DNA of 64,000 nucleotides from Bacteroidia bacterium (GCA_026391215.1 JAPLDX010000058.1:64001-128000); one strand, 5' to 3'. Positions 37,435 to 47,647 are shown, counted from the stretch's first letter. Notes: a model not told the origin generated them from the sequence alone. Translations and numbers: made by a program.

Positions 37435-40400
37435 TTAATCCAGGTATATAACTTTTAAGTTTTGGCTCATGCCAGCTCCTGAAAGCCTTATTATGTAAAT
37501 GCCGCTTTTAGCCAGTCTGCCAAAGGAATCTTTGCCATCCCATTCTAAAAAGTATTGTCCGGGTTCAAAAACCTGGTCTGTAAGGATTTTCAGCAATCTG
37601 CCCTGCAGATCAAAAACTTCAAGCTTATATCTTCCCGGTCTGTTTACTTCAATGCTGAGGGTAGTGAAATCCCCGAAAGGATTTGGGAAGCAGCTTAATG
37701 TAAATCCAGGAGAGCTTTCATCCGGAGTATTGATATCTGTAAGGAAGTTCCTTTCCCCGGGAGTACCTCCGTCATATCTGGATTTCCAATTTGCTCCAAT
37801 ATTATTATCCTTAAAAGGATCAGTCAGTTCAATAGACGCCCCTGTACCATTTGCATCGGTCGGCCAGGGTGCACTGGGAGTGTACTTTACAAAATCAATA
37901 AGATTTCCCTGAGAATCAAACAGGTTGATATCATCCCCCGTACTGCTGAGGCCAAAATCCATATCACCAGTAATATTTTTGATTTTCGGATAAATAAGAC
38001 TGAATGCCTCAGTTTCACGGCAAATAACAACCAGTGTTCCCGGAGCAAGAATTATATCGGAAGGGAGAGAGAAGCCGGATTCCGGACCGGCATCACTGAT
38101 GATCCAGTCCTTAAGGTTGACAGATGTATTTCCCGAATTATAAAGCTCAATCCAGTCTTTTGAATCTTTCTCAGGAGAACAGTTATAGTTGATTTCATTT
38201 ATAACTATTTTATTATCAGTGCTCTTAGCTGTACCAAACACAGCTCTGAATGTGCCAGGTGTTGCCATATTGAAATCTATTGTCCTTGAATATGAGACGA
38301 GACCACTGATATCCCAATACAGGAACTTATTTCCTGCAGTTGGAATTGCGGTGAGTTTTATGGGCACTCCTGAAAAATAAGTACCGTAGAAGGGATATGT
38401 ATCAGGGATAACCGAATTCACCTTTACTTTTCCCGAACCGGGGTTGCTGATCTCGATCCTTATTAAAGAACTTCCATTCAGCCCCAGTACTGATTTCATA
38501 TGATTTCTGCAATAGTTCGGCCTTTCGGTGGCAAAATCCTTGATTTTTGTAAGATTATTCAACCAATTGCTGTAACTAAGCCCCCAGCGGTTAAGATGGT
38601 CGTTTATTTCAGATACATATAATTGTTTAAGTGAATCGACAACAGAAATTACTCTGTCAGAAGCGAAGCTGGTATTTAATCTGTCGGCATACTGGTTTAC
38701 AAACTCCCTTTTGAAAGAAGGATTTGACAACAACCTTCTGATCAGTAGTGTTGACCATGGAGGGTTAGGCCAGGAAGGTCCATTCGCAGACAAGGCGAAC
38801 TCAAGAGTGTTGTATGTATATGCTGAACTTTCCCAGATCGAAAAACCGAAATCAGTATCGAAAAGTATCCATCTCCATAGACTGCCTGGTTCATTTGTAT
38901 TCCAATATTTGATATTGTTTCCGGGCCAGTCCTTGTTGTTGACATATATCTCTGTCAACTGATACTGAATGAAATTGTTTATATCTATTTGATTGCTGAC
39001 CTGAAAATACTTCTGTTCTGTCTCTAGTGTATTCGTATTCAGAAAACTGGTCATCTGAAGATAGGATGCGTTGGTTCCGTCAATAACACCTGCGTTGCTT
39101 TCAAGAAGGTTCACATCATCAGGATTTACACCATGGTTTTCAGCTATGTAGTTTGTGTTTACTTTTTCACGTAAATTAAGGATACCCCAGTATTCACCGT
39201 TTAAATAAACTATGGTTGGCTGAAATGCCATCCGGTCTATGTCCATTTTACTTACCAGTACCGAAGTCAATCCATCCCTTAGTATTCCCTGATCCCAGTC
39301 ATTGCCTCCATTTCTGAGTACAAGCGATTCAAATTCTTCAATAGGCTTATCCTTGAAAAACTTATATTCAAATGAACCTTTTCCATATTGTCGTCGTGCA
39401 AACAGTGCCAGAGATTTTTGAGGCCGGCTTCGTGACCAGGCTCCGAAGATCTTGATGCCTATTCCCTGATCGATTTGCCTGATCCCATTGATATCATAAA
39501 ATTCCATATGGGCTTTTCTTTCCCAGTCCTGCCAGAAATTTGCTCCAATATTTGGATTATCACTTGCTGCATTCGGACCCAAAACATATATGCCAGTATA
39601 ATAATCCCAGAGGTTTTCAGGATTCGTGCTTATACATACTATCGGTAAGGTATGCATTCTGGTGAAGTACGTGTTTGTCGAAACTGCTCCCGGAAGTTTC
39701 AGATAATTCAGAGATCTTGCCCTTACCACACAATTTTTTGAAATCTGAACAGGTACCGTATAGAGTGAGTCATCCCGGGAAGGTTCAGATCCGTCGAGAG
39801 TGAAGTAAATGGTATCTGCCGGATCGTTGGATGATAGCTGAAGTTCAAAGCTTCCCTGGAAATAGCCTCCCTCAGCGGAGAATTTCACAGAATCGCATTG
39901 TGGAAGCGTACTGAAGCCGTCATAAATATTGCTGCTGCCCGGAGTCGGGGATGCAAAATAAAACATTGTATTTTCTCCATCTGATTTCCGGCCATAGGAA
40001 ATATCTGCGACCAGCTGAACCGGCGATAATGAATCTATTACTGAAGAATCGGGTCCGGAAAGTATTAGAGTCTCACCATCGCTGCTTATTTTAAAATTAG
40101 TATGCAATTTATTGCCATTGAGCTGAATATAGGGGGGTAAGTCATCAATGTATCCTGCTCCCCTGAATCCAAGGCTTAACATCGGGATCAGGCTGAAATC
40201 AGAGGATCCGGAGCCACTGTTATGACCCTCTATTGCAAGGACATTAACACCCTCGGTAAGGAAGCCGGACGGATCAGATATTTGAAAGTTAACAGGATAT
40301 CCTCCTCCATACATAGTCGCTTCTCTATTGCTTGCAGACTGATTAAATGTAACCGTGGATCCTGCTGTCCCAAGATTACTTCTGGCAATCTCATGTCCAT

Positions 40401-40968
40401 TGATGTAGGCTATAAATCCATCATCATAATCAATACTAAGGACCACCTCGGAAATATCCCCTGGATCACTTATTGTGAACTCTTTACGGATGAAAACACT
40501 TAGGATGCTGCTCAGTACTGTTGCATCATCATTATCTCCATAACCAAATCCGCTGGGTCCCGTATTCCAGGCGGTATCATCGAAACCTGTACTTTTCCAG
40601 GAATTTCCAATTTCAGATGAGGGTACAAAGTATTTCCAGTTCGTACCTCTATAAATGATGGTCTGATAGCTGACTGGAATCACAGTTCTGTTCTTTTCAG
40701 ATGCAAAGACCAGCAGAAAAGAATCCGGTTTCAGGATAATTGTCGGTAAAGTCCATTTTTTTAGATTTTGTACATCATCGGAAAGATGATAGCCATCCAG
40801 GTTGGTTTCCAGCGAAGAAGAATTATACAATTCAAGCCAGTCACTATGATCACCATCCTCATCCGTGATCCCATTGAAATTCGACGATGAAAACTCATTT
40901 ATAAGTACCTGTGAAGAGAGCTGAGCCGCACAGAATAAAAATAATAAGTTTAACAGAAGGCGACGCAT
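37435..40968 (-). CDS. CotH kinase family protein with lamin-tail domains and a T9SS type-A CTD
   Basis: Two INE...DW.ELYN lamin-tail repeats; LRNGGND, NGEYWG...LREK, DWPGNN, DTDFG; C-terminal FPNPF...DLQGR...WDG...SGIYI. Confidence 0.88.
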   Translation of the reverse strand: MRRLLLNLLFLFCAAQLSSQVLINEFSSSNFNGITDEDGDHSDWLELYNSSSLETNLDGYHLSDDVQNLKKWTLPTIILKPDSFLLVFASEKNRTVIPVSYQTIIYRGTNWKYFVPSSEIGNSWKSTGFDDTAWNTGPSGFGYGDNDDATVLSSILSVFIRKEFTISDPGDISEVVLSIDYDDGFIAYINGHEIARSNLGTAGSTVTFNQSASNREATMYGGGYPVNFQISDPSGFLTEGVNVLAIEGHNSGSGSSDFSLIPMLSLGFRGAGYIDDLPPYIQLNGNKLHTNFKISSDGETLILSGPDSSVIDSLSPVQLVADISYGRKSDGENTMFYFASPTPGSSNIYDGFSTLPQCDSVKFSAEGGYFQGSFELQLSSNDPADTIYFTLDGSEPSRDDSLYTVPVQISKNCVVRARSLNYLKLPGAVSTNTYFTRMHTLPIVCISTNPENLWDYYTGIYVLGPNAASDNPNIGANFWQDWERKAHMEFYDINGIRQIDQGIGIKIFGAWSRSRPQKSLALFARRQYGKGSFEYKFFKDKPIEEFESLVLRNGGNDWDQGILRDGLTSVLVSKMDIDRMAFQPTIVYLNGEYWGILNLREKVNTNYIAENHGVNPDDVNLLESNAGVIDGTNASYLQMTSFLNTNTLETEQKYFQVSNQIDINNFIQYQLTEIYVNNKDWPGNNIKYWNTNEPGSLWRWILFDTDFGFSIWESSAYTYNTLEFALSANGPSWPNPPWSTLLIRRLLSNPSFKREFVNQYADRLNTSFASDRVISVVDSLKQLYVSEINDHLNRWGLSYSNWLNNLTKIKDFATERPNYCRNHMKSVLGLNGSSLIRIEISNPGSGKVKVNSVIPDTYPFYGTYFSGVPIKLTAIPTAGNKFLYWDISGLVSYSRTIDFNMATPGTFRAVFGTAKSTDNKIVINEINYNCSPEKDSKDWIELYNSGNTSVNLKDWIISDAGPESGFSLPSDIILAPGTLVVICRETEAFSLIYPKIKNITGDMDFGLSSTGDDINLFDSQGNLIDFVKYTPSAPWPTDANGTGASIELTDPFKDNNIGANWKSRYDGGTPGERNFLTDINTPDESSPGFTLSCFPNPFGDFTTLSIEVNRPGRYKLEVFDLQGRLLKILTDQVFEPGQYFLEWDGKDSFGRLAKSGIYIIRLSGAGMSQNLKVIYLD

Positions 40969-40985
40969 TTTCTTATCTGTTTTGC

Positions 40986-41192
40986 TCAGAATTTTAATTG
41001 ATTGATCCAGTCAGCATTGTTACCACCTGATCTCAGAGCTTTCTCAATAGCCTTAAGATTTTCATCTGCGGCTCCTGCACTGATCCTTCCAAACCAGGAA
41101 CCTGTAACAGATTGTTTGTCAACAACATTCTGACCAATAATAAACTCCGAAATCAGAATAGCTGTAGCAAGAACAAAAAGAAGTTTTTTCAT
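40986..41192 (-). pseudogene. Internally deleted remnant of a secreted alpha/beta hydrolase (putative)
   Basis: Signal peptide + TGSWFG.ISAG joined directly to ADENLKAIEKALRSGGN and DWINQLK, which resemble N- and C-terminal pieces of long Bacteroidota hydrolases. Confidence 0.5.
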
Positions 41193-41304
41193 CGATTTCA
41201 GATTATTGGCTAAAATTAACTCTTTTCCTTTTTAAACCTCCTTTAACTGCCTTCAACTTTTCAACTTCTTTTCGTACTTTAGCAAATCTTTTATCATTGT
41301 CCAA

Positions 41305-41910
41305 ATGCGAACAATAGACACCAGGGGGCAGCAGTGTCCTGTACCAATAATAGCCACAAAAAAAGCTTTAAAAGAGACGAAGACAGGAGAAGCATTTAAA
41401 GTATTGGCAGATAGCCTGACAACCTTAAATAACCTTACCCGTTTCTTAAAGGACAATAAAACAGAATTCTCAGTTGAGGAATCGGCAGGTGTATGGACCC
41501 TGACAATTAAAAAAGGAGCTGGTGATTTTGTTCAGGCAGAAGCTGATGATTATTTTATACCTCATTTTTCGAGGGGTGAATTTGTAGTTGCATTCACATC
41601 CGATAAAATGGGAACCGGAGATGATGAGCTTGGTAATTTACTGATGGTCAATTTCATAAAAGCAATTAAGGAACTTGATGTTCTGCCGGCTAAAATGGTA
41701 TTCTACAACAGGGGAATCATGCTTGGTAAAGATGATTCTCATGTTATAGAACATCTGAGGGAGATTGAAAAGATGGGAGTGAAGTTACTGCTATGCGCTA
41801 CTTGTGTCAACTTTTATTCGCTTGCAGAAAAGATACATATCGGAACCCTGAGCAACATGTACGAAATTGCACAGACAATGGCATCAGCCACAAATGTTAT
41901 TAAACCCTGA
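41305..41910 (+). CDS. yedF: Sulfurtransferase-like selenium metabolism protein (TusA + DsrE-like domains)
   Basis: IDTRGQQCPVP (TusA CPxP), MGTGDDELG.LLM, FYN.G, LLCATC, SNMYEI; adjacent to selD. Confidence 0.9.
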   Translation: MRTIDTRGQQCPVPIIATKKALKETKTGEAFKVLADSLTTLNNLTRFLKDNKTEFSVEESAGVWTLTIKKGAGDFVQAEADDYFIPHFSRGEFVVAFTSDKMGTGDDELGNLLMVNFIKAIKELDVLPAKMVFYNRGIMLGKDDSHVIEHLREIEKMGVKLLLCATCVNFYSLAEKIHIGTLSNMYEIAQTMASATNVIKP

Positions 41911-41912
41911 TA

Positions 41913-42953
41913 ATGAAGATTGATCTTCTTCAAATGGTTGAGGTTGGCGGGTGCTCTGCAAAGATACCTCCTGAACAGCTTGAGGAAATACTCAAATATC
42001 TGCCTCTCCCTGAAGATCCCAATATTCTTGTAGACATTGATACTCATGACGATGCTGGTGTCTATAAGGTTAATGATGATCTTGCCCTGGTGTTCACAAC
42101 CGATTTCTTCCCGCCGGTCTGCAGTGATCCGTACGAATTCGGACAAATAGCTGCAGCCAACTCAATCAGCGATGTATATGCCATGGGCGGACGACCTGTT
42201 ATTGCCCTCAATATAATGATGTTCCCGGCTTCAAAGATGCCGCTGGAAGCATATATAGATATATTGAGAGGAGGAGCTGATATGGCAGCCACAGCCGGTG
42301 TAAGGATTATCGGCGGACATACTATTGACGACAATCCTCCTAAATACGGGCTGGCGGTCATCGGATATGTACATCCCCGGAGGATCATTACTAATGCCGG
42401 TGCAAGACCAGGTGATTCAATGATACTTACAAAGCCAGTTGGAACAGGAGTTATCCTTGCCGGTCAGAGACTAAAAATGGCAAGTGAAAAAGATATCACT
42501 GAAGCTAAAAGGATCATGAAGCTTCTTAATAATTCTGGCGCTGAGGTGATGAAGAAGTACGATATCAGGGGAGCTACTGATGTCACGGGTTTCGGTCTTG
42601 CAGGACACGCACTTAAAATGGCGAAAGCAAGTAATGTATCTATTACACTTAATGTGAAACGGGTGCCGCTTATCGGAAAGACTTATGATCTTGTAGACCA
42701 GGGATGTATACCCGGGGCTGCATTCCGAAACCTGGAATATGCTGAACCAGATACCCGGTTTGCATCAGATCTGGATTATAATCTGAAAATGATCGCTTTT
42801 GATGCCCAGACCTCAGGGGGTCTTCTGATATGCGTACCTAATGATTCAAAAGATAAAGTTATTTCAGGTCTTAAAAAAGCAGGTCTTGATAATAGTTCCA
42901 TAATAGGATCAGTTAATGATTATGAAGATAGATTCTTATATTTAAACAATTAA
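41913..42953 (+). CDS. selD: Selenide, water dikinase (selenophosphate synthetase), Cys-type
   Basis: GGCSAK (TGC codon, not TGA), DDAGVY, TTDFFPP, AANSISDVYAMGG, GGHT, TDVTGFGL.GH, DAQTSGGLL. Confidence 0.95.
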   Translation: MKIDLLQMVEVGGCSAKIPPEQLEEILKYLPLPEDPNILVDIDTHDDAGVYKVNDDLALVFTTDFFPPVCSDPYEFGQIAAANSISDVYAMGGRPVIALNIMMFPASKMPLEAYIDILRGGADMAATAGVRIIGGHTIDDNPPKYGLAVIGYVHPRRIITNAGARPGDSMILTKPVGTGVILAGQRLKMASEKDITEAKRIMKLLNNSGAEVMKKYDIRGATDVTGFGLAGHALKMAKASNVSITLNVKRVPLIGKTYDLVDQGCIPGAAFRNLEYAEPDTRFASDLDYNLKMIAFDAQTSGGLLICVPNDSKDKVISGLKKAGLDNSSIIGSVNDYEDRFLYLNN

Positions 42954-42969
42954 AGATCATCACTCTATA

Positions 42970-44106
42970 ATGGCAACAAATTTAGAAAAGACAGGTATAA
43001 GCAATAGTATTCAGGGTTTGACCAGTCTGATAGGAAACACCCCGCTTTTTGAAATTGAGTTCCTCTACAAAGGGATACCAGGAAAGGTATTTGCCAAAGC
43101 GGAATATCTTAATATAACAGGGAGTATTAAAGACAGGATGGCCATTCATATTATGCGTGAAGCCTACCGGAAAAATATTATTAAACCTGGTGACAGAATA
43201 ATAGAGGCAACAAGCGGAAATACAGGTATAGCCTTCGCTGGAGTCGGGAGAGCCCTTGGTCACCCGGTAACTATTTTTATGCCCGACTGGATGAGTGATG
43301 AACGTAAAAACCTTATAAGAAGCTTTGGCGCTGATATTGTCCTTGTTAGTAAGGCAGAAGGAGGATTTATAGGCAGCATAAATCGTACCCGGGAGATGGC
43401 AGCCTCAGGTCCAAATAATTTTCTTCCCAGACAATTCGAAAATGAAGATAATGCCATGGCTCACTACACAACCACCGGACCTGAGATCTGGTGGCAAATG
43501 AGGATGCATGGTTTAAAAACTGATGCATTCGTCGCCGGCGTCGGAACCGGCGGGACAATAATGGGGACAGGCCGTTATCTGAGGGAAATGAATCCGGCAG
43601 TGAAACTATACCCCCTGGAACCATCTAATTCACCAACTATGTCGACGGGTTATAAGGTTGGAACCCACAGGATCCAGGGAATCTCGGATGAGTTTATTCC
43701 CGCATTGATCCATCTTGATGAACTTGACGAAATAGTTTCTGTCGATGATGGCGATTCAATAATCATGGCTCAGAAACTTGCATGTGAACTTGGAATTGCA
43801 GTTGGAATATCATCGGGAGCAAATTTCCTGGGTGCTGTGATGAAACTTATGGAGCTCGGGCCTGGAGCAAATGTTGTTACTGTATTTTCTGATGATAACA
43901 AAAAGTATCTCAGTACAGGCTTGATGAAAAAAGAACCTGTAAAACAGGAATTTCTTTCAACTGATATTATGTTGAAATCATTTAAAGCACTTAAGAGGAA
44001 CTGTGTAACATGCTGTAATCCAACTGAATGCAAAGAAAATGTCAATCCTGAAATAATCAATGAGATCAGTTTTCCGTCATGTTATCTGCGATCACTGAAG
44101 AGATAA
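42970..44106 (+). CDS. PLP-dependent cysteine synthase family protein with a Cys-rich C-terminal extension
   Basis: GNTPL, TGSIKDR (PLP Lys), EATSGNTG, GVGTGGT, H.IQGI, GISSGAN; tail CVTCCNPTEC...C. Confidence 0.9.
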   Translation: MATNLEKTGISNSIQGLTSLIGNTPLFEIEFLYKGIPGKVFAKAEYLNITGSIKDRMAIHIMREAYRKNIIKPGDRIIEATSGNTGIAFAGVGRALGHPVTIFMPDWMSDERKNLIRSFGADIVLVSKAEGGFIGSINRTREMAASGPNNFLPRQFENEDNAMAHYTTTGPEIWWQMRMHGLKTDAFVAGVGTGGTIMGTGRYLREMNPAVKLYPLEPSNSPTMSTGYKVGTHRIQGISDEFIPALIHLDELDEIVSVDDGDSIIMAQKLACELGIAVGISSGANFLGAVMKLMELGPGANVVTVFSDDNKKYLSTGLMKKEPVKQEFLSTDIMLKSFKALKRNCVTCCNPTECKENVNPEIINEISFPSCYLRSLKR

Positions 44107-44169
44107 GATTACTTTAGTCTAAAGCTTAAGGGAAGTAAGAAAGAACATAAAAACAAATCATCTGTAAAA

Positions 44170-45009
44170 ATGAGAACAAGGGCATTTATTCTGTTTAACC
44201 TCTTATTCCTGCTTATAATTGTCCCGACGCAGGGGCAGGAATATAAGTATCTGGAAGCACCAGTAGTTGGAATAACTTCTGATAATGGCATTGAAACACC
44301 GGTGACGGTCAGAGTGATTTATGACAATTATGTTAAAACCAACGGATTAGAGTCAGACTGGGGCTTTGCAATTCTGATTGAAGGACTGGAAAAGACAATT
44401 CTTTTTGATACCGGTACAAAGCCTGATATTTTTACATCGAACTTTAAAAAAATGGGACTTGATGCTGCAAAGATAGATTTCCTGGTTATCTCACATGAAC
44501 ATGGCGATCATACCGGAGGGATAGCTTCATTTGTTGAAATGAAGAAGGATATACCGGTTATTATTCCATATTCATTTTCAGATAAATTTAAAAAGAGGAT
44601 GTCTGAACTCAGACTGGAGCCTCTCCTGGTTAAAGAATCTGCGAAGATCTGTGAAAACCTGTATACTTCAGGTGAGTTTGACTACCAGATAGCTGAGCAT
44701 GCTCTGGTGCTGAATACTAAGAAGGGGCTGGTAGTTATGACAGGATGTTCACATCCCGGAATAGTTGAGATGCTAAAAGAAATCAAGACGACATTTAACA
44801 AGAATATCTACATGGTTTTCGGAGGGTTCCATCTGTTACAGAAATCTGATAAGGAGATGAATAAAATATTATCTGAAATGAAAACGCTTGGAGTCGTTAA
44901 GTGCGGAGCTACCCACTGCACAGGAGAAAAACAGATCCGGATGTTCAAGGAAGCATTCGGAGAAAACTACTTTGAGCTGGGAGTCGGGAATATAGTAACA
45001 ATTGAATAA
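44170..45009 (+). CDS. Secreted MBL-fold metallohydrolase
   Basis: Signal peptide; LFDTG, SHEHGDHTGG, TGCSHPG, GGFHL, HCTG. Confidence 0.88.
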   Translation: MRTRAFILFNLLFLLIIVPTQGQEYKYLEAPVVGITSDNGIETPVTVRVIYDNYVKTNGLESDWGFAILIEGLEKTILFDTGTKPDIFTSNFKKMGLDAAKIDFLVISHEHGDHTGGIASFVEMKKDIPVIIPYSFSDKFKKRMSELRLEPLLVKESAKICENLYTSGEFDYQIAEHALVLNTKKGLVVMTGCSHPGIVEMLKEIKTTFNKNIYMVFGGFHLLQKSDKEMNKILSEMKTLGVVKCGATHCTGEKQIRMFKEAFGENYFELGVGNIVTIE

Positions 45010-45046
45010 AAGAGTTTTATATATTGCGGTCTTTAATCAAAAGTTA

Positions 45047-45730
45047 ATGAAAAGACTTTTATTTATGCTCATTGGATTGACAGGATTTGTCACTGCCTGG
45101 TCCCAGTCATTCATACTGCCGAACTATGGACTAAAAAGCCCTGAGACATTGGAAATCAGCAAGATAGAAGCTACCTCCAGTAGTACAGCTTTTTATATGA
45201 GTATTGAGAATCGGATACAGAACGGTTTTTTCTGTGCTGATAAAAATATATATATGATCTACCCGGATGGTTCACGGAGCAAGCTTGTAACTGCAAGCAA
45301 TATCCCGGTTTGCCCTGATACTTATAAGTTTAAAACAAGTGGAGAAAAGCTTGATTTTGTGCTTGTTTTTCCTCCTCTTAAAGCTTGGACCGCATGGATA
45401 GACCTTGTTGAGGAATGCAATGAAAACTGTTTTTCATTTTACGGGGTAACACTCGACAATGTGCTGAATAAACAGCTTGACGATGTTTTCGATAAGGCTT
45501 CAAAAGGAAAACCTGCAGATAATATTGTTCTTTTTGAATCTCTTCTTGATAGTATTGCCAGTCAGAATCTTGGAATTGAAGGATTGCTTTATATAAACAT
45601 AATAGAGGCGGCCATTGAGGAATCGGATAAAGTCAACATAATTGTCTGGTACAAAAGGTTAGCTGCATCAGATGCCCCGGGATTAAGCCATTATCTTAAA
45701 TATCTTAACGACAAGGGTATAAAGTATTAG
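45047..45730 (+). CDS. Secreted hypothetical protein
   Basis: Signal peptide from ATG 45047; FPPL...IDLVE motif; several Cys. Confidence 0.7.
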   Translation: MKRLLFMLIGLTGFVTAWSQSFILPNYGLKSPETLEISKIEATSSSTAFYMSIENRIQNGFFCADKNIYMIYPDGSRSKLVTASNIPVCPDTYKFKTSGEKLDFVLVFPPLKAWTAWIDLVEECNENCFSFYGVTLDNVLNKQLDDVFDKASKGKPADNIVLFESLLDSIASQNLGIEGLLYINIIEAAIEESDKVNIIVWYKRLAASDAPGLSHYLKYLNDKGIKY

Positions 45731-45742
45731 TATGTGTCAATT

Positions 45743-45775
45743 AAAAAGGCTGATCCGGATTGGATCAGCCTTTTT
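45743..45775. terminator. Bidirectional Rho-independent terminator
   Basis: AAAAAGGCTGATCC-ggatt-GGATCAGCCTTTTT between convergent genes. Confidence 0.9.
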
Positions 45776-45795
45776 CTAAAAGGTGGGATTTTATC

Positions 45796-47454
45796 TTAGA
45801 AATTTAATTCTACTCCAACCCCTACAACTATTGTGCTTTTTGAATAGGTCTCCTTAGGCAGCATGTTTGTAGCCCCAAGAAAATGATTTACATTTTTCTC
45901 GTTCTCCAGATACATGGTGTAACTGGCTCCCAGGTTAATTCTTAGCATATCATTAAGTGAGAATGCTCCTCCGGCACCAAATGTATGTGTTGCATTTCCG
46001 AAAGTGAGATCACTCTGATACAGACTATTAACGCCTAAATTGCCATAAACATAACCTGCGCTTACAAGCAGGTTATCAGAAATATTATACTCAAGTCCTA
46101 CCTGGAGCGACATACCGTTACTCTCAATAATTTCGCTGTTGTCTACATGCACAGTTGGTGTCGCAGGATTCAGGTCATTATCAATTTTATGTCCGTAGTC
46201 AGCTGATTTGTCAAAGTAATAATTCCCTCCCAGAGACAACTTAAGATTTGATAATCTGTAATCAGCACCAACTGCAAGCATAGCAGGCATATCGTTTCTT
46301 TTCTTTTCGTCCTGAATAAATATACCTCCTCCCATGGTAGGGCCCGCCAAAGATGTTGTAAGTTCCATTTTGGTCAGGAACTCATATTTAATTGCTATGT
46401 TCAGCGCTTCGATGGGTGAAATGTTAACGCTTATGATCGGTGAATAGCCCATACCTGTTTCTTCTGCATCCACTTCAATATCCTGGGTTGCACCTGCATA
46501 TCCTGTCATTGTAGCGGCACCTGTTGTAAATCCCGGTGCGGCACCAGCTAATATTGCCTGGGCTTGGGTAAGGGTAAGCCCAGCAGGATTTTGTCCAGCA
46601 GCTCCAATTATCTGTTGTATTGTGGCTATAGCAGTTGCATCTAATCCGTAAGCAGCTAAAGCAGGATTTGTTAGCAGCATTGCACCTAAGCTATAAGTGG
46701 TAATAAGTGTTTGTAATCCTGCTGAATATCCAGTTGCTCCAGTTGCAAGCGCGGTCATAGTTGTTGCTCCGGAAGTGAAGAAATCGCTTGCATGAACCAT
46801 TGAACCGGTATATGCGCCAAAGGCCGGATAATTCGGATTGATGCTTATATCTCTCAGGTACCCGTTATAGGTATTTTTGGCAGTAACAAGGCGGAAACCG
46901 GCTGCGACAGAAATCATATCATTTATTTTGTATGATACATTTCCCTGGTACCCGAAGTAGATAGAAGAACCCTCAAAGAAGATTTTAGCATCATAGTCGG
47001 TTGTTCCAAATCCATTAGCAAATGTTAATGGAACAAGATCAGCAATGCTCATTTCAAATGATGGCAATCCGGTTTCATATGTTGCACCGCCGCCGCCGCC
47101 AACCGGATTAAATCCGAAAGAGATGGCGAGCTTGTCCATCTTATAAGCTGCAGCTACAGAGGGGAATAAAGGTGCTTTTACTGATCCTTTGTACAAACTC
47201 TCATGAAGATAGCTGTAGTCATTTGTAATTTCTCTTGTTTGAAAAATAGTCTGGTTTGAAATGCCAAAATGGAATCCGTTATCCATCTTCATTAACCCAG
47301 CCGGATTATAGTACACTGCATCAGATTCTATTGATGCATTTCTGGAAGGGAGCCGAACCCATGATGCGCTCTGGTTGGTATTCGTAACCAGCCCGCCGGC
47401 AAGAAGACTTCCTGTAACTAGTGTTCCAGCAATTAAAGTCAGAAATTTTCTCAT
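45796..47454 (-). CDS. FadL/OmpP1-like outer membrane transporter with a large Ala/Gly/Thr-rich insertion
   Basis: GGLVTNTNQS, AVYYNPAG, GGGGG..Y..GLPSFE, terminal aromatic residue. Confidence 0.85.
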   Translation of the reverse strand: MRKFLTLIAGTLVTGSLLAGGLVTNTNQSASWVRLPSRNASIESDAVYYNPAGLMKMDNGFHFGISNQTIFQTREITNDYSYLHESLYKGSVKAPLFPSVAAAYKMDKLAISFGFNPVGGGGGATYETGLPSFEMSIADLVPLTFANGFGTTDYDAKIFFEGSSIYFGYQGNVSYKINDMISVAAGFRLVTAKNTYNGYLRDISINPNYPAFGAYTGSMVHASDFFTSGATTMTALATGATGYSAGLQTLITTYSLGAMLLTNPALAAYGLDATAIATIQQIIGAAGQNPAGLTLTQAQAILAGAAPGFTTGAATMTGYAGATQDIEVDAEETGMGYSPIISVNISPIEALNIAIKYEFLTKMELTTSLAGPTMGGGIFIQDEKKRNDMPAMLAVGADYRLSNLKLSLGGNYYFDKSADYGHKIDNDLNPATPTVHVDNSEIIESNGMSLQVGLEYNISDNLLVSAGYVYGNLGVNSLYQSDLTFGNATHTFGAGGAFSLNDMLRINLGASYTMYLENEKNVNHFLGATNMLPKETYSKSTIVVGVGVELNF

Positions 47455-47647
47455 AAGTCAGTTTTTAAGTTTATAATTGAGATTCATTGCATTATGAATG
47501 CAAAAAAACCTCAGATCAATACAAATCTAATGTCCAAAAGTATACAATTATTTGAATTATGCAATAAGTCTAAAATAGTATATTGATATTTAACTAATTG
47601 GAGGGGATTTTGAATACTATTCGAAAAAATTGTGTTATGCAGGTCGT

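Noticed and set aside
41913-41970. Selenocysteine (UGA) in the SelD active site or in neighbouring genes
   Set aside because: The catalytic position is TGC (Cys). The TGA-terminated ORFs I checked (yedF, moeA, apbE, HsdR_N-like) show no plausible in-frame continuation.
44170-45009. Metallo-beta-lactamase resistance gene
   Set aside because: GCSHPG, GGFHL and HCTG motifs mark a housekeeping-type MBL-fold hydrolase, not B1-B3 lactamases.
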